Assembly: GCF_001194135.2 (NCBI RefSeq)
Contig: NC_068998.1
Coordinates: forward strand, 7,537,231-7,601,230
DNA length: 64,000 bases
From: Octopus bimaculoides
Taxonomy: Eukaryota
Direction: 5' to 3'
Shown here: positions 54,661-64,000 of the stretch, piece after piece
How positions within the stretch are numbered: position 1 is the stretch's first letter
Layout: each line of letters starts with the position of its first letter
The notes under the pieces: model-generated
Database searches by the model: none
The model's input: the letters and a program-made list of their open reading frames with translations, nothing else
What the model was told of the DNA's origin: nothing
Made by a program: the position numbers and the translations under genes

Positions 54661-56556
54661 TCTTTTTCCCCTTTCGTTATCACTTTCCTCGCCAAGATAG
54701 ATAAAATACCACAAACAATAAGATATATAATACAAAAAATAACCATCAATCTATATACACAGAGAAAGAATAATTATTTTCCAAGACAGTGAAACCAATT
54801 ATAAATAAACAGAATTTGGAAGAAACGTAAATGTATTTTCATTTTAAGACTTCTGTCGTCTAGATTCGTAACTAAACTGTCTGTTGGTTTCGAAAGTTAA
54901 CATTTGCAAAGCCAATTCTTTAATAATGAATGGTTTTAAGATTATTATCTTGCTGAGGAATGTCTGCTGTCTGTAGTGTTACGCTAAAATTGCTAGAATT
55001 GATTCTTGTATATAATCTGAGAGATTCAGGGTTCGTGGTTTGAATCAGGCTTATTTTAATTTTGAATTTTGCGAAATAAATTGCAAGAATTAATAATAAT
55101 GTCTTTCTTTTCAAGAGGTAGAGTAACATTTTGATGAATATGCTTAACTTGAATTTATGGAAATTTGGAATTTTTTTATTCTTAGCAGATCGAGAGACCA
55201 TGAAAGGAGCACTTGTGTTGGTTCGTGTCAAAACTTGTTATTTGCAGAGAAAGTTTGCTGCAAAAGAAAAGAAGAAATGGTGCAGAAAATAATTAATGCT
55301 ATTTCGTTTGGTGTCGCAGAAGCTATGGAGATAGAGAGAGAAGAAAATTTGTTTTCCGTCCCACGAGATGAACGAAAAAAAGTACAAACAACGCACAAGG
55401 ACTGACTAAATGAAACAAAACTTCTTTGCTTTAAAAGAGTCATGGACTTCAACTAAATGTAATCTCAAAATTATTATATTGGTGGTGACATTATGTTGGG
55501 CAAATAAAATCTACAGCTATTTCTTTTTCTTTTTATTCATTTTAGAAAATCATTGAATATGCTTAACATTCTCATATTTCATACAATTGAATGCATGAGA
55601 TGATAATAACAATGATTCAATTTGCTTTGTTGAAGCAAGCAACTCAATGAAATATTTCCTTCTCGTGTTGGAGCTCGTTTTTTCTCTTTTTTTTTATGGC
55701 GTCTCTTTCTCTTTTTCGTTTTCTTTTACTATCTTTGCCTTCCATTTCAAAACATCGCTGATTTCCATCTCCTGTCCTTTATTCAATTCCCTGGTTTTTA
55801 TTTTGGAATTACCACCTAACTTAATTACATCCCATGGATTACGCAACGATCGCTCAAAAGTCTTCGTCAGAAATCAAAAGGAAAGCCGTCTGAAGCCAAT
55901 TCAATCAGCTCAGAGTAATCGGAAAAGCTGTCTAAGATTCCAATACAAGATGCCTTCAGCATTGTAAGATGAAATCGTTGATGTCAGGCCAGTGAAAACT
56001 AATGAAAGATCTGCCGATAGTAAGCTGACATCAGATATTTCGTATGCAGCTCTGTATGTACAGTGCAGGAGATCACCTATCTTTAGCAGTAAATCAGTGA
56101 CAAGTACAGAAGTGTGGAACAGAAATACTAAAATAAATAGATATGAAGTAAGAAAGAAAAATTATTAGTTTCTTAACTGCTGGATACCTACCTGTATGCA
56201 GAAGTCATCATTATAGGTTTTCGGTGAACAAGAAAAACGAAAAGAAATGAAAAAAATGCGAGGTAAGATTTCCTTATCAAACACGATGGTTGGTGCCGTA
56301 TAATCAGCTCAACTCTTAAACAAATGTTTTATTCAATGGAACTGGGTGGGATCATGATTTACTTCGATTAAATAAAAGTACGATGGCCCAACGTTATAGT
56401 AGTTGGATGGGATCTTGTAAATCACGTGTTCAGATCATGACACATATTATTTTATTTATTTAATAGTTCCTCTTACTCGATAGTCAATGATGGACATTGG
56501 TTTATTCGAAAATATCATGTCTGTGTGTGCTTGTTTGTTTGTTTGTGTGTGTGTGT

Positions 56557-56596
<40 letters not shown>

Positions 56597-58797
56597 GTGT
56601 GTGTGTTTGTGCGCGCGTGTGTGTCGCTGTGTGTTTGTGTGTGCGTGTGAAACAAAAAGAGAATCAATACGAGAATGTAATGTGTGTTATATTTATTCAC
56701 TTACATCGCAGCAAAGGGTTTCACTATTCCCGATTCTTCTGATAGTAATTTTAGCTTTTAATTACTAGGATAGCAATAAAGGAATTTATTCCTCTTTAAT
56801 ATTTAAATAATGAATAACACAATTCCTTATCCCTTATGCGCGTTACTTGCATCTCTTTTTGTCCCGTTCCTTGTATATAGATACATATACATATACAAAT
56901 ATCGGTGTATTCATTTACATCGTTTCACATATTTCTTCACTTACGTCTCTGCTTTGGCGTATTCATTTATTTCCATTGTTCTTGCACTCAAAGTTCGTTA
57001 TTTCTCCTACACGTGTATCAAGTCAACGGATTGATAAGTTGTTAAAATGAATGCAAATAAACGGAAGAAGTCATTCCAACTACACCACGCCCTTATGCTC
57101 GTAGGTTAATTTCTCTACGAAAATTTAGACCTGTACATTTTTTGAATTCCCCTGTGTTTGTGTTGTTTATTATATGCAAGAACGCGTTTATGCGTTAGCA
57201 TATTCATTTGGAATAAAATATAAATATTTCGCTGTATTTCTTTTGTGTGCTTGCCAAATCAATGAACCAGTTGTTGATACGCGTTTTCATAAACAAAAGA
57301 AAGCTATTCTAACATCGTTTCACCACGCATGGGCACAATATATTCATGCAGTAAAAGCATTATATTATACAAGACCACAAAAGCCTCAAAACAACTATTG
57401 GAACCTAATACATAGATATGAAAAGATGCAAACACCTGAGGAGGAAAAATGGAGCACTTGAATATTGAAAGTAGAATGGTAATTTAGTGGAAGCTAAAAT
57501 TGTCCAAATCGTTGCTCCATGTTTCTCGTTACCGACATCCCTGGATTTTTAGGGGAATGGAACCTAAAATTTCGTTTGCAATCATACAAAACGGCTAGTT
57601 GATTCACATAGAGTTATAAAAGCAATATTATTAGATAGTGGCATAACAGTTAATTGAAAAATAGTGGTGATACATGAAGTGATAGATGCAAGAAGAAATT
57701 GTACAAAGAATGTAAACACCATCAGTACTTCCGTGTATATATAAGAAAAACAAATTCGAAACTTTGCGTTCGTGAGAAATCAAATATTAGCCGTGCAAAG
57801 GAAAAATAACTTGTTGCCTTTAAGTGTCTTTAAGTGTCTGTAAATGTAGATATAATATGAAAATGTTATGTCATACCAATCTTTGCGAATTTTGTTGCTT
57901 CAGGTAACCATTTAGAGGCATATAATTGTGCAGAAATAAATAATTTCGAAATTTATTTACAAAAACCTAACATTTCTAGGCGTTTATTCGAAATGTTGTC
58001 GCATCCAATATCAATTATCTATTTAAAAAGAGCTTACAATATATATTTGAATGGAAGCTATCACGTACGCAGAGAACAGCATGACCGAAAATAAACTATT
58101 AAGTTCCAAATGTCAGACAACTTATTTCTTTAAAAAAAACCGGCGAATGTTTAAGAGAGACTTTCTTTCAAGTTTATTGAATATATGAATATATTAATAT
58201 ATATTCACAAAAAAGAAATTTATTGTAATTCCCTTTAGGACCGATACAATTTCGGGATTGCTATTGCTGGATTGGACTTTAGTCTAATAGATTACAGCTT
58301 TCAAAAACAATTACCATTAAAAGCCCAATTAGTTGGGACAATACGACAATAGCAAAGCTCCAGAAATTCTATTGATCTGAAAGAAAATATATTAAAGTTC
58401 ATTTTCTGATCATATTCATAGATTTAAGAAAACCCGAAAGAAAATTTGGCACAGACCTCCCTAAATATATATGGTTTATAAAAGAATCAAGGTGAGAACA
58501 GATTAAATGAATGCTTAAAAATATTAGGATACAACGAAAAAGCAGTATAGACGATTCATCTGACTCGAATGCCTGAAGGCGCATAATCTCTCTACAACTA
58601 GAAGAAACATGTAATGACTAGTTGGCTCCGGCCGTGATGATATTCGAAGGAGCTGCGGCGGGCCTCTTCAGCGAACGGGGAATTTCAAGTTTGTAGTAGG
58701 AAACGTTTTGACGGAATACCTCTTCCTGGTGCTTAAAAGGCCTCCGGGTCAAGCGAGTTCTTTTAGGATTCTTGTCCTTCCTACCAAGCAACGCTTA

Positions 58798-59111
58798 CAT
58801 AGTTTTCGGATCTTATCGGTTTGGCTGCCAGAATCAATTCTGTTCGAACTGATTTCATATTCAGTGTAATGAAACACTTTTATAGGTTGTTTAATGACGT
58901 GAAAGTAATTTTCGCAATAAAATCAATAAATAAGGAGTTAATAACAATTAAAGTTCGAAAAGTTTAGTAATTTCAGCCAATCGTAAGCGACAGACACAAA
59001 TAGTAAGAAGCGGACGTGAGAACTCTTTTGTCTCTCAACGTGACTGTTGCCATAGTAACAAGCGAATCCGAGCAGTCTTTGAAAAGTCTCTTATCTGCGA
59101 GGAAGCACGTG
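58798..59111 (-). promoter_or_regulatory. Putative RNA polymerase II promoter with RFX X-box
   Basis: X-box GTTGCCATAGTAAC 59046-59059; AGCCAATC 58975-58982; TGACGTGA 58895-58902; E-box CACGTG 59106-59111. On the minus strand: TATAAAAG from 58884, TCAGTT (Inr-like) with A at 58850, and a GTAAGC donor at 58798. CpG-rich context. Confidence 0.55.
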
Positions 59112-59780
59112 TTGACAAATTTGACGCCTTGTTCTGTATGATTATGGCAGCAAACTGCAGTAACTTCACTTCTGTTATGGAAACACGGAAAAGAGTGGAC
59201 GATAATTTTAAAAATTAAAACCGCAAGTTAAATATTTGATTTTTAATGCTTAAATGTTTGTTCTTTAAGCATATTTTGTTCACTCTTATTTTCATATATA
59301 ATATATGAACATATACATATTTTGGAACATAGTCATTTTATAAGATTTTGCAAGCAAATTTTTAAATTAACATAAACATTTATTTACATGAAAGAAAATT
59401 ACCAGAGAACTCTCATCTAATTCTTCCAAATCTTTCTGTTAAAAATTGCAATGTATTTATCGCATGTAACGCGTTGTCTATCGCATTTGCATTAATGCAT
59501 ATTGAATTCTTAAACGTTTGTTTACTAGTTTCTATTTGTCATTGAGCATTGAGGTGGTTGTGTTGTGTGCTAAGAATAACAGCTAAATTAGATTTTTTGG
59601 ATAAATCTTTTAAATCAGCATAAACGTTTATTTACATGGAAGAAAATTACCGGAGATATAACACGTGTTGTATACAAATATTGACAACACCGGCTACTTG
59701 CAGGATGTTGACGACACAATGTGCAGTCACGCACAAAATGACAGCGTCCATATGCTGTTTCTTGACTAGGTGGAAATCAT

Positions 59781-59820
59781 CAAACTTTAAACTTTAAACT
59801 TTAAACTTTAAACTTTAAAC
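59781..59820. repeat. (AAACTTT)5 heptamer repeat
   Basis: Read directly from the sequence. Confidence 0.95.
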
Positions 59821-60024
59821 ACTTCTCCGGAAAAAATGATATAACTCCAGCAATTCAAGTGTATTATTGCGCCAGATTTTAAAATTTTCTGTAAACTTTA
59901 AATTTTGAAATGCTGGCATCCAAACCGATAAGATCCTCGTTTGCTCCTGTTTATATAAGCCTCCATTTTGTTGTAAGCCCCTCCACATCTCCGAATATTA
60001 CCACGTCTACCATGGTAATATTCC

Positions 60025-60165
60025 GTGTACCAAATCCACTCACAAGGCTTTGGTCGGCCCGAGGCTGTAGTAGAAGACATTTGCCCTAGGTTCCACGCAG
60101 TGGGACTAAACCTGGAACTATGTGGTTGGGAAGCAAGCTTCCTACCACACAACCACGCTGCGTCT
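60025..60165 (-). mobile_element. tRNA-derived SINE, family B
   Basis: Minus strand GTGTGGTAGGAAGCTTGCTTCCCAACCAC..GGTTTAGTCCCACTGCGTGG..AAATGTCTTCTACTACAGCCTCGGGCCGACCAAAGCCTTGTGAGTGGATTTGGTA. Further copies lie at ~9320-9475 and ~9555-9615 (+), and ~32480-32650, ~40825-40980, ~61490-61640 (-). Confidence 0.85.
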
Positions 60166-60182
60166 ACATATATATATGTATG

Positions 60183-60213
<31 letters not shown>

Positions 60214-61908
60214 GNNNNNNNNNNNNNNNNNNNNNNNNNNNNNNNNNNNNNNNNNNNNNNNNNNNNNNNNNNNNNNNNNNNNNNNNNNNNNNNNNNNNNN
60301 NNNNNNNNNNNNNNNNNNNNNNNNNNNNNNNNNNNNNNNNNNNNNNNNNNNNNNNNNNNNNNNNNNNNNNNNNNNNNNNNNNNNNNNNNNNNNNNNNNNN
60401 NNNNNNNNNNNNNNNNNNNNNNNNNNNNNNNNNNNNNNNNNNNNNNNNNNNNNNNNNNNNNNNNNNNNNNNNNNNNNNNNNNNNNNNNNNNNNNNNNNNN
60501 NNNNNNNNNNNNNNNNNNNNNNNNNNNNNNNNNNNNNNNNNNNNNNNNNNNNNNNNNNNNNNNNNNNNNNNNNNNNNNNNNNNNNNNNNNNNNNNNNNNN
60601 NNNNNNNNNNNNNNNNNNNNNNNNNNNNNNNNNNNNNNNNNNNNNNNNNNNNNNNNNNNNNNNNNNNNNNNNNNNNNNNNNNNNNNNNNNNNNNNNNNNN
60701 NNNNNNATATGTATATGTATGTAAGTATAGAGTGTTAGGTGTGATGTACAGAAATTGAATATTGAGAAAAAAATGTCATCAGAATTTTGGAAAAAAAAAC
60801 TTTTATTTCTTTATTATTATTAACGCTTTCGTTCCTTTCTAGAACTTGTCAAATAAAATTTTGTGAAAGTTCAAACAGCTTGTTCATTTATATATGTGAT
60901 AGTTTTTTTTTACCGTTTTGTGTATATACATATATATTTGATATAACGACATAAATGGAAATAGGTTTTGTATACGGTGTTTTTTAATCCATTATTAATT
61001 CTAACACTTCCAGTGCCAAAGCCTTCTTTTAGTTTCCGAAAATCAGCAAATTTTTTATCCAGTAACATTTCCTTGTGACTTCATGTTAAATAACCAGCAC
61101 TTCAAAAGGATATTCATCGATGCAGCTACAAAGTTCAAAATTTCACATTTCAAAACTTCCCTTTTTACTTCAAAAAACTATATGCTTTCTGATAATGCAT
61201 AACAGGATTTTTTTTCTTTTTTAATTGTTTCTGTCATTAAAGTGTGGCTATGCTGAGGCATCGCCTTGAAGAATCTTTAATCGAATAAATCGATCCCAAT
61301 ACTTATTTTTTGAAAACCTGATGTCTTATTGTATAGTTTAATTTTGCCAAACCGCTAAGTTACGGAAATGTAAACACACCAACACCGTTTGTGAAGCGGT
61401 AGCGGGGCGGGTGGATGGTGGAAAGAAACGCAGTCACAAACGCAGTCGCAAACGCACACACAAACACACACGCACATATACGAACGGCTACTTTCAGATT
61501 CCGTCTACCAAATCTACTCACAAGGCTTTGCTCAGCCCAAGGCTGTAGTAGAAGGAAACTTGCCCAAACGAGGTCAAACAGTAGGACTGAACCCTGAAAC
61601 AAGAGGTTGGAAAGGAAGCTTCTTACCACACAGCCATGGTTTCAGCATTTTCTAAACAAAAAGTTAAGATTATTACAAAATTCTTTAAAACATCTTTTTA
61701 TAACGTAATAGAAACATATTTAGCCCATATAACCAGTAACATTAAGCCAAGTAACTATCACATAACCATCAAATAATATTCATCAGTTATATGAAGTTAT
61801 TAAAATTAATATTATTCAGACATTTTCATTGCATCTTCAATATATACTAAAATAACACGTTCTATATATAATTGTCCACAGACAGGGAAGTGGAAACCTG
61901 GAGTGATG

Positions 61909-61994
<86 letters not shown>

Positions 61995-62119
61995 ATACAT
62001 ACATAAATATGTATATATACATATATATATATTTGTGCATATATGTGTATATATGCATATATGCACATATACATACATCATATTTACATATTTTTATATA
62101 GATATATACACATGCATAT

Positions 62120-62175
<56 letters not shown>

Positions 62176-62375
62176 ACTTATATATATATATCTTTTGAGA
62201 AACACACATGCACATATATGTATACATTCATATATAATTGTATATATATNNNNNNNNNNNNNNNNNNNNNNNNNNNNNNNNNNNNNNNNNNNNNNNNNNN
62301 NNNNNNNNNNNNNNNNNNNNNNNNNNNNNNNNNNNNNNNNNNNNNNNNNNNNNNNNNNNNNNNNNNNNNNNNNNN

Positions 62376-62406
<31 letters not shown>

Positions 62407-62960
62407 TTGTATGTATGTATGTGTGTGTGTGCGTGTTTGTGTGTGTGTGTGCATCTGTGTATTTTCCTGTGTGTAATGTTGTTTGTTTAACCTTCTTTTA
62501 TCTACTGTTCCTAATTGGTTCTGTCTCCTAAGGGAGTTCTGATATCGAGGAAAGTTTGTTAATATTCATGAAGTGTCTATTTGTGATGTCACTTGTATGT
62601 ATGCTAATGATGCGTTCAGTTTAGTTGACAAATATACATATTTAAAAAAATAAATTATTGAGCATATTTAAATATGACACGTTGCCCTAGATACCAACCT
62701 GCTTTGAATTATGATGTTTATAGACGGAGTTTGCACTTTTTTTTGTCTCAAACTCAAATCATTATAATATGAACGTTCTGTAGAAATTTCAAGATATTTT
62801 TAACGATGTGTGTTGTGAATATAAATTTATTTCATTATTTAAGTTTTATGATGAATTTTAGATGAATAACATTAAAAAGAAAATGTTTTAAACGATTCAT
62901 TTTAGAACCTCTAAAATATGTAAATAATAATATTAATCATGATGGTGATTATATTGATGC

Positions 62961-63011
<51 letters not shown>

Positions 63012-63013
63012 GG

Positions 63014-63568
63014 ACGACAATAGTCGTTGAAAGTAAAAATGTCACTATCCTCTAGAATTTTCCAGTCAACAGCGACAGAACGATCCAGGCTAATCGACCA
63101 GACATAGTCATTAAAGACGGAGAAGAAAATACTTGTAGACTAATAGATGTAAGCGTTCTCACTGATAAAAATATATCTGTAAAGGAATTTGACAAATTAA
63201 GTAAATATAAGGATCTGGAAATTGAAACACACAAGATGTAGCATCTTAAAGCAAGAACTGTTCCTGTTATTGTTGGTGCTCCATGTATGACAAAGAAGGA
63301 ATGTCAGATACATCTTGATAACATCCCAGGAGAACCATGTCTCAGAGAACTCCAAAAGATTGTGCTGAAAAATACTGCCCACATGCTTAGAAAAGCCCTG
63401 TCCATTTAAATGTCTGTGTCGTATTACATGAAGATATTTCGCTGCTACCCCTGCCACTTCTCCTCCCCAAGCTTTCAGTCATACTATAACATTTCTTATC
63501 CTTCACTCGCCTTAGGACACTGGATGTGTCTTGGTAAGCAATTGTAACAAACATGCAGATTAAAAGTA
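63014..63568 (+). mobile_element. 5'-truncated R4/Dong-clade non-LTR retrotransposon: C-terminal restriction-like endonuclease region plus 3' UTR (pseudogenised)
   Basis: 63014-63409 translates TTIVVESKNVTIL*NFPVNSDRTIQANRPDIVIKDGEENTCRLIDVSVLTDKNISVKEFDKLSKYKDLEIETHKM*HLKARTVPVIVGAPCMTKKECQIHLDNIPGEPCLRELQKIVLKNTAHMLRKALSI*. The RPDIV..IDV..K motif is the PD-(D/E)xK endonuclease of R2/R4-type elements. There are two in-frame TAG (63053, 63239) where this family usually has Trp. Flanked on both sides by (TAA)n. Confidence 0.9.
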
Positions 63569-63621
<53 letters not shown>

Positions 63622-63647
63622 TAATAATAATAATAATAATAATAACA

Positions 63648-64000
63648 ATACAAAACTTTAACGATGTTTTGCAAAATCCTAGTTTGATGCCCTCTTGGCT
63701 AGTTAATGGTTTAACATCCCTGCTTCCAAAAAATGAGGAAACAAACGAACCAAAAAATTATCGACCCATAACCTGCTTAACAACAATGTATAAGACGCTA
63801 ACATCTGTCATAACCGAGTACACCTATAGTTTTTTAATAGAAAGTAGCATATTCCCTAATGAGCAAAAGGGATGTAAACGTGGATCTTATGGTTGTAAAG
63901 ATCAGCTACTCATCAATAAGATGATCTTAGAAGATTGTCACAAGCGACACAAAAACTTGTCAATAGCCTGGATAGACTATAAAAAGGCCTTTGATAGCCT
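63648..64000 (+). mobile_element. Second R4/Dong-type element: N-terminal part of the reverse transcriptase domain, running off the window
   Basis: Stop-free frame IQNFNDVLQNPSLMPSWLVNGLTSLLPKNEETNEPKNYRPITCLTTMYKTLTSVITEYTYSFLIESSIFPNEQKGCKRGSYGCKDQLLINKMILEDCHKRHKNLSIAWIDYKKAFDS. It contains the non-LTR RT motifs YRPITCL, EQKG and WIDYKKAFDS. It starts directly after (TAA)n and is not in the ORF track. Confidence 0.93.

Noticed and set aside
54231-54792. Overlapping poly-F/L/S/K/E ORFs in six frames
   Set aside because: Compound trinucleotide microsatellite.

Overview
64 kb of AT-rich, microsatellite-saturated animal DNA from a gappy draft assembly (about 18 N runs). The SINE families and repeat landscape look like octopus/cephalopod DNA (my recognition, not a search result). 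No ORF in the supplied track is a credible complete gene: nearly all are microsatellite or N-gap artefacts. Firm features are two 5'-truncated R4/Dong-type non-LTR retrotransposon pieces in (TAA)n at the right end, mariner remnants and a mariner-type MITE, and many tRNA-derived and (GAT)n-tailed SINEs. The most unusual signals are: (1) hammerhead-ribozyme motifs of the minimal Penelope type, three of them in a tRNA-headed, (TAA)n-containing short element, one copy with a 5' inversion and a 13-bp target-site duplication; (2) a promoter-like motif cluster near 59 kb (X-box, CCAAT, CRE-like, TATA, Inr) enclosed by a 24-bp inverted repeat; (3) a ~290-bp inverted repeat pair enclosing two candidate exons. 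Several small splice-bounded open frames suggest one or two spliced genes between ~5 and ~46 kb, but I cannot fix their strand or identity. SINE boundaries are approximate and all alignments were done by eye.
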